Part shown: positions 1-8,902 of the stretch, piece by piece
Layout: the number at the start of each line of letters is the position of its first letter
How positions within the stretch are numbered: the stretch's first letter is position 1
Assembly (NCBI GenBank): GCA_964529745.1
Contig: CAZGZR010000003.1
Span: forward strand, 1,420-65,419
Origin: an uncultured Candidatus Bathyarchaeia archaeon
GTDB taxonomy: Archaea > Thermoproteota > Bathyarchaeia > TCS64
Direction of reading: 5' to 3'
Length of the DNA stretch: 64,000 nucleotides
Made by a program: the position numbers and the translations under genes
The notes under the pieces: generated by a model
The model's input: the letters and a program-made list of their open reading frames with translations, nothing else
The model's database searches: none
What the model was told of the DNA's origin: nothing

Positions 1-1
1 C

Positions 2-202
2 GCCGGCCTAAAGGGCCACCGCACAAAGTACACGCCACCCACGTGCAACACCCTCAGGACCCACGGCATCTGCCGCAACATGGACAGCATATGCGAGACC
101 GTGAGCCACCCCCTCGGCTACTACAGGCGGAAGGTGCGTCAACTGGATCGGCAGAGAGAGAAGAGGCAAGCTGAACCCTCAAATACAGCCGACCGACAAT
201 AA
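2..202 (+). CDS. priL: DNA primase large subunit, C-terminal Fe-S domain (5'-truncated by window)
   Basis: Own translation of frame 2: AGLKGHRTKYTPPTCNTLRTHGICRNMDSICETVSHPLGYYRRK...*. YxPPxCxTLxxHGxC...C...HPLxYY is the archaeal PriL C-terminal signature; lies upstream of priS. Confidence 0.88.
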   Translation, partial: AGLKGHRTKYTPPTCNTLRTHGICRNMDSICETVSHPLGYYRRKVRQLDRQREKRQAEPSNTADRQ

Positions 203-213
203 CAGAGACCGGC

Positions 214-351
214 ATGCGGGAACCCGCGGAAGAGAGGAAGAAGGCACTCAAGAGCCTGGGACTCCACTACTGCAGGCACTACGACAACATAGTCCGCTTC
301 AACCCGTCTTTCTGCGGGAAATGCCGCCACTGCACCCGCCCCACGAGGTAA
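214..351 (+). CDS. Small Cys-rich hypothetical protein (45 aa)
   Basis: ATG 214 to TAA 351: MREPAEERKKALKSLGLHYCRHYDNIVRFNPSFCGKCRHCTRPTR. Host-like codons, fills the priL-priS gap co-directionally; below the ORF-track length cutoff. Confidence 0.5.
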   Translation: MREPAEERKKALKSLGLHYCRHYDNIVRFNPSFCGKCRHCTRPTR

Positions 352-386
352 CCTGTTTTAAAACCCGTGAAGCCTATTCAATAGCC

Positions 387-1613
387 ATGGAAGACTGGGG
401 GAGCCCCGGGTTCGTCGAGGAACAGTTCAGGCAGTGGTACGCCCTAAACAGCGAGACCATACCGGCCCCCATGGATATAACGCACAGAGAGTTCGCTTTC
501 CTAACCTTCCACGGGCGAACCATGTACCGTCACATAAGTTTCAACAACCTTGACGAGCTTCGACGCTACCTCAGAGCAAACGCCCCCGCCCACAGCTACC
601 ACAGCAGCGGCTACTACGACGACCCCACCGCAGACATGGCCCGCAAGGGATGGAGGGGAGCGGACCTGGTCTTCGACATAGACGCCGACCACTTCGACCT
701 ACCATGCCAGAGAGAGCATGACAAGTGGCGGTGCAGGAACTGCGGCAAACAAGGCACGGGCCACCCCCCAGAGATATGCGAGTGCGGCAAGGCCCAGTTC
801 GAGACCGAGACGTGGCTATGCGAGCAGTGCCTCCAGGCAGCCAAACACGAGACCCAGAAGCTCCTCGACATACTCATACAGGACTTCGGCGTAGCCATCG
901 ACGACCTGACCACCAACTTCAGCGGAAACAGGGGGTACCACGTGCACGTCCACAGCGAAGGCATGATCCCCCTCGACCAGCAGGCCCGCCGCGAGATAGT
1001 GGACTACATAATGGCCACGGGCCTCGAGGCCGAGTACCAGGGCTTCAGCCAGAGGAACAGGGGGGCTCACCCCACCCTCGCCGAGGGAGGCTGGAGGGGA
1101 AGAACAGCCCGAGCCCTCTACGACTACATCCAGGAAGTCGAGCCCGAGGAGGTAGAGTCCATGAAGCTAGGCCGGAGAGTAGTGAAGAGCATCCTAGAGG
1201 ACAGGGAGAGGGTGCTCAACGTCCTGATGGAGAAGCACCCCAGCAACATCACCAGCCTCATAGACCCCGGCAGCCTGAAAACCGTGCTCATGAGAGCCAT
1301 CAAGCTCCAGGCCTCGGAGATCGATACCGTCGTCACCACGGACATCCACCGCCTAATAAGGCTGGCCTATACCCTCCATGGCAAGACCGGGTGGCAGGTC
1401 CAGACCATACCATACGGCACCCTCCCCGACTACGATCCCCTAACAAGGGCGGCCGTGATTACAGGCGGCCCCGTGCCGCTAGAGTTCAGGTGGGCGCCCA
1501 AAATAAAGATAAACGACGTAGAGTATGGACCATACGAAGACGAGCAGGCTGATCTGCCTCTGAGCGCCGCCCTCTTCTACCTATGCAAGAAAGGAGCCAG
1601 GCTTAGACGATGA
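387..1613 (+). CDS. priS: DNA primase small (catalytic) subunit
   Basis: REFAF, ADLVFDIDADH (DxD), FSGNRGYHVH, IDTVVTTDIHRLIRL..TLHGKTG motifs. Start placed at ATG 387 (MEDWG), downstream of an AT-rich TATA-like TTTTAAAA. Confidence 0.95.
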   Translation: MEDWGSPGFVEEQFRQWYALNSETIPAPMDITHREFAFLTFHGRTMYRHISFNNLDELRRYLRANAPAHSYHSSGYYDDPTADMARKGWRGADLVFDIDADHFDLPCQREHDKWRCRNCGKQGTGHPPEICECGKAQFETETWLCEQCLQAAKHETQKLLDILIQDFGVAIDDLTTNFSGNRGYHVHVHSEGMIPLDQQARREIVDYIMATGLEAEYQGFSQRNRGAHPTLAEGGWRGRTARALYDYIQEVEPEEVESMKLGRRVVKSILEDRERVLNVLMEKHPSNITSLIDPGSLKTVLMRAIKLQASEIDTVVTTDIHRLIRLAYTLHGKTGWQVQTIPYGTLPDYDPLTRAAVITGGPVPLEFRWAPKIKINDVEYGPYEDEQADLPLSAALFYLCKKGARLRR

Positions 1614-2212
1614 GTGAAAGATACGAGAAACTCCGAGAGGCGTGGGAAAAGGAGACAGATAAGCCTGAGCTTCAGAAGATACCCGACGAGTTTCTCCACG
1701 AGATGCGCCGCTACTCCGAGGAGCTGAACAAGACCCCCTCAGCCCCCGGGACCCTCACGGGCGCCATAACCAAGAAGGAAAAGCGTTTCGTGGGCCAGAT
1801 GCTGAGGGAACTCACCGAGACCAGGCTCCGGAAGATAGTCACCAGGGAGCTCAGAGGCGAGCCCATCGACGCCCAGGCCATGACGCCCGAGGAGCAGAGA
1901 CTCCACTCGAACGTAAGACAGCTGCTGCTGGGCTATAGGCAGGGGACAGAAATCCCGGAGCCCGAGGCTCCACCGGAAGCCCCGAAGCCTAGGCCGGCCT
2001 CGACTCCCAGGCCAGGCGTGGCAGTCCCCAGCGAGGAGCCTGAAAGTGAAATTGTGGTGGTGAGGTTCCTGAAGCCTCTGCCAGCGATCATGGGCGTGGA
2101 CATGAAGGCGTACGGCCCCTTCGACGCCGAGGACGTGGCCAGCATCCCCAGACGGAATGCGGTAAACCTAATAAGGAGAGGTATAGCTAAGCTGGTGGAT
2201 ATAGAGCCATGA
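1610..2212 (+). CDS. GINS complex subunit Gins51 (Gins15)
   Basis: N-terminal helical A domain and C-terminal B domain VVVRFLKPLPAIMGVDMKAYGPF..EDVASIP..NA..LIRRG; conserved position after priS; ATGA overlap. Confidence 0.85.
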   Translation: MSERYEKLREAWEKETDKPELQKIPDEFLHEMRRYSEELNKTPSAPGTLTGAITKKEKRFVGQMLRELTETRLRKIVTRELRGEPIDAQAMTPEEQRLHSNVRQLLLGYRQGTEIPEPEAPPEAPKPRPASTPRPGVAVPSEEPESEIVVVRFLKPLPAIMGVDMKAYGPFDAEDVASIPRRNAVNLIRRGIAKLVDIEP

Positions 2213-2484
2213 AAGTACCCAGGACCATTAGAACCTACTGCCCCAAGTGCAAGACCCACACAGAGCACACCGTCTCCATCTACAAGGCCGGGAAGAGAGC
2301 GGGCGCAAAGAAGGGCGAGCGCAGACAGGCAACCCGCAAGAAGGGCTACGGCGGCCAAAAGTTCCCGGAGCAGCACAACCAGGCCAAAGTCACGAAGAAG
2401 CAGACCCTCGTGCTCAGGTGCAGGGAGTGCAGCTACACGTTGCAGCGTGAAGGGATGCGGCTCAAGAAGCTGGAGGTAGTGTAG
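2209..2484 (+). CDS. rpl44e: 50S ribosomal protein L44e (eL42)
   Basis: RTYCPKCKTHTEH...GYGGQKFP...KVTKK..L.CREC. Confidence 0.97.
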   Translation: MKVPRTIRTYCPKCKTHTEHTVSIYKAGKRAGAKKGERRQATRKKGYGGQKFPEQHNQAKVTKKQTLVLRCRECSYTLQREGMRLKKLEVV

Positions 2485-2485
2485 A

Positions 2486-2683
2486 TTGGCCGAGTGGGAG
2501 CACCTCATACCACGCCCCACGTCCCGGTTCCTGCGCGTACGCTGCATAAGCTGCGAATCCGAGCAGATACTGTTCAGCCACAGCAGCACCGTGGTCAGGT
2601 GCCAGACCTGCGGCGAGGTGCTCGCGGAGCCCACCGGCGGGAAAGCAAAGATAAGCGCCGCCATAATATCCGTTCTAGGGTGA
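2486..2683 (+). CDS. rps27e: 30S ribosomal protein S27e
   Basis: PTSRFLRVRCISC..EQILFSH..VRCQTCG..LAEPTGGKA; TTG start. Confidence 0.97.
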   Translation: MAEWEHLIPRPTSRFLRVRCISCESEQILFSHSSTVVRCQTCGEVLAEPTGGKAKISAAIISVLG

Positions 2684-2688
2684 TCTGG

Positions 2689-3480
2689 ATGAGTCTAGGG
2701 CGACCAGAGTGGCCGGAGGTCGGCGAACTAGTTGTCGCGACTGTGCGGCGCGTGGAGAGCTACGGCGCCTACGTCAGCCTTGACGAGTACACCGACAGGG
2801 AGGGCCTCCTGCACATCTCCGAGATAAGCAGCAGGTGGGTGAGGAACATCCGCAACCACGTGCGGCCCGGCCAGAAGGTCGTCCTCCAAGTACTCAGGAC
2901 GGACCCGGGGAAGGGGCAGGTTGACCTCAGCCTCAGAAGGGTCAGCAGAGACGAGAAACGTAAGAAGATCGAGTCATGGAAGAAGGAGCGGAAGGCGGTC
3001 ACCCTGTTGACGCAGGCAGCCCACCAGCTCAACGTGGACACAGAGGCCCTCTTCGAGAGCGAGGGAGTGAAGCTGGTGGATCACTACGACAGCCTGTACG
3101 CAGGGCTGGAGCAAGCCTCCAAACGAGGCGTAGACGCCCTTACGAAGGCGGGCGTAGAGCCAAAAATCGCCGAGGTTCTCAGCGAGATAGCCAAGGAAAA
3201 AATAGTCATAAGGGGCGTGACGGTGCAAGGCGTCTTCGAGGCATCGACCATGTCCAACTTCGGGATACAGGAGATCAAGGACACCTTCCAGAAGGCCGAG
3301 GAAGTCGCCGAGGACAACGACGCAACCATCAACATAACCACCCTGGGGGCCCCCAAGTACAGGATACAGCTGACGGCGGAGGACTACAAGAAGGCCGAGT
3401 ACGCGCTGGACGCCGTGGTCAAGTTCGCCGAAGAGGCTTGGGGGAGCATCGACGGAAGCATAGCCTTCACGAGGGAGTAG
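2689..3480 (+). CDS. eif2a: Translation initiation factor 2 subunit alpha
   Basis: WPEVGELVVATV..YGAYVSLDEY..EGLLHISEIS..WVRNIR (S1 domain), GAPKYRI; start ATG 2689 after a GGTGA SD-like motif. Confidence 0.96.
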   Translation: MSLGRPEWPEVGELVVATVRRVESYGAYVSLDEYTDREGLLHISEISSRWVRNIRNHVRPGQKVVLQVLRTDPGKGQVDLSLRRVSRDEKRKKIESWKKERKAVTLLTQAAHQLNVDTEALFESEGVKLVDHYDSLYAGLEQASKRGVDALTKAGVEPKIAEVLSEIAKEKIVIRGVTVQGVFEASTMSNFGIQEIKDTFQKAEEVAEDNDATINITTLGAPKYRIQLTAEDYKKAEYALDAVVKFAEEAWGSIDGSIAFTRE

Positions 3481-3486
3481 CCCCTG

Positions 3487-3684
3487 ATGGTTTGGCTCTT
3501 GAGGCGATGTAAGAGCTGCAGCCAATACACTCTGAAGGAGACTTGCCCGCGCTGCGGAGGCGATACGGAGTCGCCCCACCCGGCGAAGTTCTCCATCGAC
3601 GACAAGTACCGAAGGTACCGCATCCTCATGAAGAGAATTGCCGAGGAAAAACGCGGCGGCGACACAGAGCCTTCGATGCATTGA
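3487..3684 (+). CDS. nop10: H/ACA RNP protein Nop10
   Basis: CKSC..YTLKETCPRCGG....PHPAKFSIDDKY..YR; conserved position after aIF2-alpha. Confidence 0.95.
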   Translation: MVWLLRRCKSCSQYTLKETCPRCGGDTESPHPAKFSIDDKYRRYRILMKRIAEEKRGGDTEPSMH

Positions 3685-3696
3685 AGGTAATTTAAT

Positions 3697-3716
3697 CTTG
3701 GAAAGGCTTTTTATCG
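3697..3716 (+). promoter_or_regulatory. Archaeal BRE/TATA-type promoter
   Basis: GGAAAGGCTTTTTATC about 30 nt upstream of the TTG at 3745, consistent with a short-leader transcript. Confidence 0.5.
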
Positions 3717-3744
3717 TTCAGTTACCCTTGTTTCTTCGATTACA

Positions 3745-4116
3745 TTGGCAAAGACTTATGTTCGAATCTATGGACCGCCGCTCCTGAAGGCAATAAAGGC
3801 TTTGGAGGGCGTCGCCGTGGATATGTCGAAGTCAACCGAGGTGAAGTTCAGCCACAAGTGTGTGCCTTATCCCTCGAGGATGCAGAGCGACAAGAGAGAC
3901 TGGGAAACCTACCTGAAAAACCTACAGGAAACATACACAGACTGCTACGAGCCCCAGAAGATCATCAGCGACGCCAGCATGACTCTGGGCGAGTACGACT
4001 TCGTGTTCGAGTGGACCGAGAAGAAGCCTTCGATGAAGAAGGTCCAGGGCCTCATCGAGAAGATAGACGCCGCTCTAGGTGAATTTGGGGTCCTCTACAC
4101 GCTCAAAACTGAGTAG
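3745..4116 (+). CDS. Hypothetical protein
   Basis: 123-aa ORF with host codon usage, own TATA-like promoter and a T-rich 3' end; no recognised motif. Confidence 0.75.
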   Translation: MAKTYVRIYGPPLLKAIKALEGVAVDMSKSTEVKFSHKCVPYPSRMQSDKRDWETYLKNLQETYTDCYEPQKIISDASMTLGEYDFVFEWTEKKPSMKKVQGLIEKIDAALGEFGVLYTLKTE

Positions 4117-4165
4117 GCTCTGTTTTTATTCAAGTTTTTAAATCAAATAGAAAAAAGGGATGAGA

Positions 4166-4306
4166 TTACTCGGACTTCACTTCTTCCGTGGCTGACTCTG
4201 CCTCGGCCAGGGCTCTCCTTTCCCGTATCTCCTCGTAGACTATGAAGGCGGGCATGATGATCCATATGGCTATCATGACCCAGAAGAGGATGGTGTCGTA
4301 GTTCAT
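4166..4306 (-). CDS. Small single-TM membrane protein (46 aa), last gene of the livHM unit
   Basis: [49 protein letters not shown] overlaps the livM stop (ATGA) and follows GGAGG; T-rich terminator-like tract downstream. Confidence 0.7.
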   Translation of the reverse strand: MNYDTILFWVMIAIWIIMPAFIVYEEIRERRALAEAESATEEVKSE

Positions 4307-5514
4307 TCCTCTTCCTCCTCCTTCTTTCCACCAGACAGTATGGACGTTATTCCCTTGATGCCGCTGCTGGACCCACGGGTTCTCGGCGCAGCCCTCCAGT
4401 CGACTTCCACATGCTCTTGCACTAGCTTGGAGTAGTTGACTCCTGGAACGTAGAGCAGCTTCTCGGGGATCAGGCCGTTCGGTCTGAATATGATGACCGC
4501 GACCAGCAGTACTCCGAGAAGGATCTGTTCGAAGTAAGCCACCGGGAAGAAGAAGACTTCTTGCAGGAACCACTTGTTCACGATGATGATCCGCCGCATC
4601 GCGATGACCAGCGCACACCCGAGGAAGGTTCCGGCGTTGTTACCGGGTCCTCCGAGTATGAGCATCAGCCAGGGCCAGTAGGTCCATAGGGCACGCTGGT
4701 AGTTGGCCTCAACGACATAGCTGAAGTAGAACGCCAGTAAGGAGCCGCTTATGGCTGTGATGCCTGAGGCGAACATGAGTATGTTCCGCCGTATCCCGAC
4801 TACGTTTTTACCGACGCTGCCAACCGTTATCTCGTTTTCGCGTATTGCCCGCATCAGTCTACCGTAGGGGCTGTTCAGCATTGTCCTGAAGATGAAGAAG
4901 CTGACAAGGCCAATCAACAACGTTATGATCGCCGTCACTATGGTCCTGTCTCCAGGGTACCACTTGAAGATGTCCGGAATGAATAGCCCAAGCGTTCCAC
5001 CGCTTATCCAGGTGATGTTTCTTCCAAAGATCTGTGAAGCATCGGCCATGGTGATCAGGACGATCATCAGGTAGGTCGCCCTAAGCCGGATGGCTGGTAA
5101 ACTGATTAACCACCCGATTACTGCGCCTAATATTAGGGATATAGCTAGCGTGAACAGAAGCATCGAGATGCCGAACAGCGGTTCACCTTTAAGCCATTCG
5201 TTTACGATTGCCACATTTGGCGGGTTGTTGTATACCCAATCATAGTCGTTGTTCCAAGGCAGTATCTCAACTCCAGCGTTACCTGCTAAGGTCAATATTA
5301 GCCGGGTCGTTATGGCGCTAACCGTGAAGCCTCCAATGATTACCTGTACGGCGCATCCCATGTTGGGTATGCCTGCGTTTCCATACTGGAAGTTTAGAGC
5401 CATAGCCACGATGACGAATAGACCGAAGTACATGGCTATGTCTACTATTAGCCTAGAAGTACCTTCAACGGCCACGCTGCTAGTTAGTAGTCCTAGTGCT
5501 ATTTCCTGTATCAT
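4303..5514 (-). CDS. Branched-chain amino acid ABC transporter permease (LivM-like)
   Basis: [58 protein letters not shown]. Confidence 0.93.
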   Translation of the reverse strand: MIQEIALGLLTSSVAVEGTSRLIVDIAMYFGLFVIVAMALNFQYGNAGIPNMGCAVQVIIGGFTVSAITTRLILTLAGNAGVEILPWNNDYDWVYNNPPNVAIVNEWLKGEPLFGISMLLFTLAISLILGAVIGWLISLPAIRLRATYLMIVLITMADASQIFGRNITWISGGTLGLFIPDIFKWYPGDRTIVTAIITLLIGLVSFFIFRTMLNSPYGRLMRAIRENEITVGSVGKNVVGIRRNILMFASGITAISGSLLAFYFSYVVEANYQRALWTYWPWLMLILGGPGNNAGTFLGCALVIAMRRIIIVNKWFLQEVFFFPVAYFEQILLGVLLVAVIIFRPNGLIPEKLLYVPGVNYSKLVQEHVEVDWRAAPRTRGSSSGIKGITSILSGGKKEEEEE

Positions 5515-6491
5515 GTTACCGGTTCCTCCTTAAGCAACCCTATTGATTTCAGTATAGATTGCCCTGTGTTGCTGGCGACCAGCCTTTCCCATGCTCCTTG
5601 TAGGCCACGAGGTTCTATCAAAAGAACGGCTACAAGGAAAAACATTGGAACCAAAGGCCTGTATTCACCTACCCAAGATCCTAAGAGAGCTTGGCCCCAT
5701 GTTGTCAGCATGATCTCGGATACGCCGACTACGAAGCCTCCTACAACGGCTCCGTAGACGTTTTCGAAGCCTCCCAACAGACTACCGGCCATGATGGGAG
5801 TTATCATCATGGCGCCGGTCGTTGGGGTGCTCATGAACCACAGGGGGATCATTGATCCCGCTAGACAAGCCATTCCTCCCGTGAGGAACCAGCTGAATAT
5901 CTGGATCTGGTTGGTGTTGATTCCGAGTACCGAAGCGAGCTCTGGGTCCTCTGCGGTTGCCCTCATTGCTATACCGATCCTTGTTCTTGTTAGCATGTAG
6001 TGCAGGACCAACACGCAGGCGGTTGTCAGCCCCATGGATACAACGAAGATTCCTGGGAAGCCACTGATTTTGAAGTCGGCGTCCTTTAGGAGGAACAGCT
6101 GTGCATAAGTGTTGTACCTGGCTCTCAGCCAGAACGCGTAGATGTTGGTTGCACCCGCTAGGAATATCTGGATCGCAAGTGTTGAAATGGTAAGTACGAT
6201 CGCGCCTCCACCCAATCTTTGGAGTACTCCGATAACCAGCAAGTAGATGATTATGCTGATAATGCCTCCAATCAAGAAGGACAGAGGGAACCCTAGATAA
6301 GGTGAAAACCCAAGAATCTTTGAGAATGTATAGCTCACATAGATGCCTATGCCCGCGTATGTTCCGTGTGCGAAGTTGGGTACCTTCGCCGTCAGGTATG
6401 TCAGCGTGAAGCCCATGCTTAGCAGTGTGAGTTCGCTCGCATAAGTCAGAGCTGCTATCCAAATCGCTGGGATTAGCATGTTGTAACCCAC
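5511..6491 (-). CDS. Branched-chain amino acid ABC transporter permease (LivH-like)
   Basis: MGFTLTY...VPNFAHG, TRIGIAMRATAEDPELA..LGIN, LLGGF....GA.VGG, EPRGL. Confidence 0.93.
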   Translation of the reverse strand: MGYNMLIPAIWIAALTYASELTLLSMGFTLTYLTAKVPNFAHGTYAGIGIYVSYTFSKILGFSPYLGFPLSFLIGGIISIIIYLLVIGVLQRLGGGAIVLTISTLAIQIFLAGATNIYAFWLRARYNTYAQLFLLKDADFKISGFPGIFVVSMGLTTACVLVLHYMLTRTRIGIAMRATAEDPELASVLGINTNQIQIFSWFLTGGMACLAGSMIPLWFMSTPTTGAMMITPIMAGSLLGGFENVYGAVVGGFVVGVSEIMLTTWGQALLGSWVGEYRPLVPMFFLVAVLLIEPRGLQGAWERLVASNTGQSILKSIGLLKEEPVT

Positions 6492-6503
6492 AACGGTTCT
6501 AAC

Positions 6504-6551
6504 TATATGAATTAATAATACTTTTCATGAATATACAGTACCGTTCATGAA
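6504..6551. promoter_or_regulatory. Three operator-like boxes at exact 20-bp spacing in the divergent livH/livK promoter
   Basis: TATATGAA (6504), TTCATGAA (6524), TTCATGAA (6544); the latter two are perfect palindromes. Confidence 0.5.
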
Positions 6552-6721
6552 GTCAGGTTAAAATAAGGGTTTTTTAGTTAGATCAATCGTAATAGAACTA
6601 AATAAGGCATTTTATATTGTTTTTATTTATAGTCCTAAACGTTTGCATGTAAAAACCTTATATAATGTAAATAGTGAAATTAATCTCTGCGACAAACAGC
6701 AAGGTGAAACTAGACTTGGAA

Positions 6722-8017
6722 ATGAAAGGTAACACCCTAGCAATAGTACTACTTGTCGTAGGACTCGTCGTCGGAGGAGGAGTAGGATACTTCGCCGCTC
6801 CGACACAGACAGAGCAAATAGAGGTCCCGGTTGAAGTGGAAACATTGCCACTTGAAGGCGAAACCGTTCAACTAGGCTACATAAGCTCCACGACGACAGG
6901 CCTAGAGACAAACCAACCACACATAGAAGACATAATGGTACCAGACTACAACGCGTATGCCGCAAAATTAGGATACGATGTAGATTTCGTATACCTCATT
7001 GACGACGCAACCAGTCAAGCTGCAGTCCACTTGGAGAAAGTCCAAGGCTTCAAGAGCATAGGCGTCAACATATTCATTGGCGGTGGCTGGTCGAGCCAAG
7101 CTTCGGCAGCTCTAAGCTACTGCAACGACAACGATATGTTGATGTGGAGCGCATCCTCCACCAGCCCGACTCTTGCCATCGCCGGCGACAACCTTCTGAG
7201 AATGTGCCCAACAGACTTGGTACAGGCCCCTGCAATCGTTAGGATGCTTGAGAGCCACGGTATCGAGGCTGTTGTTACAATCCAGCGTGGCGACTCTTGG
7301 GCAGATGGTATCTACAACATATACCAGCCCATGTTCGTGGAAGGCGGAGGAGTGGAACTTGACAGGATCAGGTACGCCGCCGAGGTCCAGGAGTTCTCAA
7401 GCTATCTACAGCAAGCAGAAAACAAACTCTCAGAAGCAATTGGCACTTATGGCAAAGACCACGTAGCAGTAGAGATCATCGGCTTCCAAGAAGTAGCCAA
7501 CATGATCCAGCAAGCCGTAGACTATCCGACAGTCTACGACGTCATATGGTTCGGCAGCGACGGCACGGCACTCACATCACAGATAAGGGACGACTCCCCT
7601 GAACAGGCAGCCCATCTAAACCTGTACAGCACGCTAGCTGCACCAGCAGAATCACAGAAGTACCTCGATCTATACGATCGATACTGGGCGCTAGTGGGAA
7701 TGCCCTATGGCTACTACACAGCCTGCACATATGACATCGGCTGGCTACTGACAGAGACAATACTCGAGTCCCAAAGCACAGACGCAATGGTGAACCTAGA
7801 GCTCCAGCCAACAAGCGCCTTTAACAGCTACGGCGCCAGCGGTTGGAACAGGCTGAACGAGGACGGAGACAGATATGCAAGCAACTACCAGATCTGGGCC
7901 TACAGGCTCGACAGCGCAGGCGTCGGTCAGGACTACGTCGCCGGTCTGTACGACATGGTAACTGACAGCGTCACGTGGTACATAAACGAAATCGGCTACA
8001 CACCAGTTTCAAGATAA
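6722..8017 (+). CDS. ABC transporter substrate-binding protein (LivK/PBP type 1)
   Basis: N-terminal membrane anchor, GGGWSSQA, SSTSPTL...DNLLRMCPTD.VQ, GASG...LNEDGDR. Confidence 0.9.
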   Translation: MKGNTLAIVLLVVGLVVGGGVGYFAAPTQTEQIEVPVEVETLPLEGETVQLGYISSTTTGLETNQPHIEDIMVPDYNAYAAKLGYDVDFVYLIDDATSQAAVHLEKVQGFKSIGVNIFIGGGWSSQASAALSYCNDNDMLMWSASSTSPTLAIAGDNLLRMCPTDLVQAPAIVRMLESHGIEAVVTIQRGDSWADGIYNIYQPMFVEGGGVELDRIRYAAEVQEFSSYLQQAENKLSEAIGTYGKDHVAVEIIGFQEVANMIQQAVDYPTVYDVIWFGSDGTALTSQIRDDSPEQAAHLNLYSTLAAPAESQKYLDLYDRYWALVGMPYGYYTACTYDIGWLLTETILESQSTDAMVNLELQPTSAFNSYGASGWNRLNEDGDRYASNYQIWAYRLDSAGVGQDYVAGLYDMVTDSVTWYINEIGYTPVSR

Positions 8018-8031
8018 GCATACAAAACCTA

Positions 8032-8046
8032 ATTCTCCTTTTTTTA
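8032..8046 (+). terminator. Oligo-T archaeal terminator
   Basis: TTCTCCTTTTTTT immediately after the SBP stop. Confidence 0.45.
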
Positions 8047-8143
8047 AAAATTAAGAAACCTATTTAATATAAGGATACGAATTTAGTATTCCGGCAAAAA
8101 TATTTAAACAGACACTATACGCTATAGGTTAGTTGATGCCTAT

Positions 8144-8902
8144 ATGTCTGAAGTACTGAAAATAGACAACGTTTACAAATATTTCGGCAAGTTCGCTGCA
8201 AACGACGGCGTCAGTTTCAGCTTGAAAGAGGGCGGCATATATCTTTTGGTTGGCCCTAACGGGTGCGGCAAGTCTACATTGGTGAACTGCATCTCGGGCA
8301 TATACGTGCCCGAGGAGGGGCACATATACTACCGCCAAGCGGACATCACGAGCGAGGAAATGTACAAGATCGCCCGTAGGGGACTGGTTCGTACATTCCA
8401 GATCGCCTCCCCGTTCCTGAGCCTTACCACACTAGAGAACATGCTCGTGGCGTTGCCGGATAACGCCGGGGAGAACATAGCACTTTCACTTTTCAAGCCG
8501 ACGTGGGTCGACAGCGAGATCAACGCCGTGAGACGGGCGTCGGAGCTCCTCAGGGTTCTCGGACTCAGACACGTATGGAACAAGCCAGCGAACACTCTCA
8601 GCGGGGGAGAGCTCAAACTACTCGAGATCGGGCGGGCGCTGATGTCGGGAGCCGAGACCATATTGCTCGACGAGCCTGTCGGCAGCATAGACCCTGTGTT
8701 GTGCCACCAGATATTCAGCCACGTGCTGAGGCTCCGCGACGAGCTGGGGATCACTTTCCTCGTCATCGAGCACCGGCTCGAGGTGGCGGCTCAGTACGCG
8801 GACCATGTCTTCGCGATGGATAGAGGTAAGCTCGTTACAGAGGGCACAGCCGAGGAAGTCTTCGAGGACGAGCGGGTGATCAAGGCATACCTGGGTGAGT
8901 AA
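8144..8902 (+). CDS. ABC ATPase (LivG-like)
   Basis: GPNGCGKST, VRTFQ, LSGGE, LLDEP, IEHRL. Confidence 0.94.
   Translation: MSEVLKIDNVYKYFGKFAANDGVSFSLKEGGIYLLVGPNGCGKSTLVNCISGIYVPEEGHIYYRQADITSEEMYKIARRGLVRTFQIASPFLSLTTLENMLVALPDNAGENIALSLFKPTWVDSEINAVRRASELLRVLGLRHVWNKPANTLSGGELKLLEIGRALMSGAETILLDEPVGSIDPVLCHQIFSHVLRLRDELGITFLVIEHRLEVAAQYADHVFAMDRGKLVTEGTAEEVFEDERVIKAYLGE

Noticed and set aside
321..386. ORF-track N-terminal extension of priS (likewise 2494-2688 for aIF2-alpha and 40298-40408 for the SH3 protein)
   Set aside because: The extensions overlap other genes or promoter-like AT-rich sequence; downstream ATGs fit the family N-termini better.
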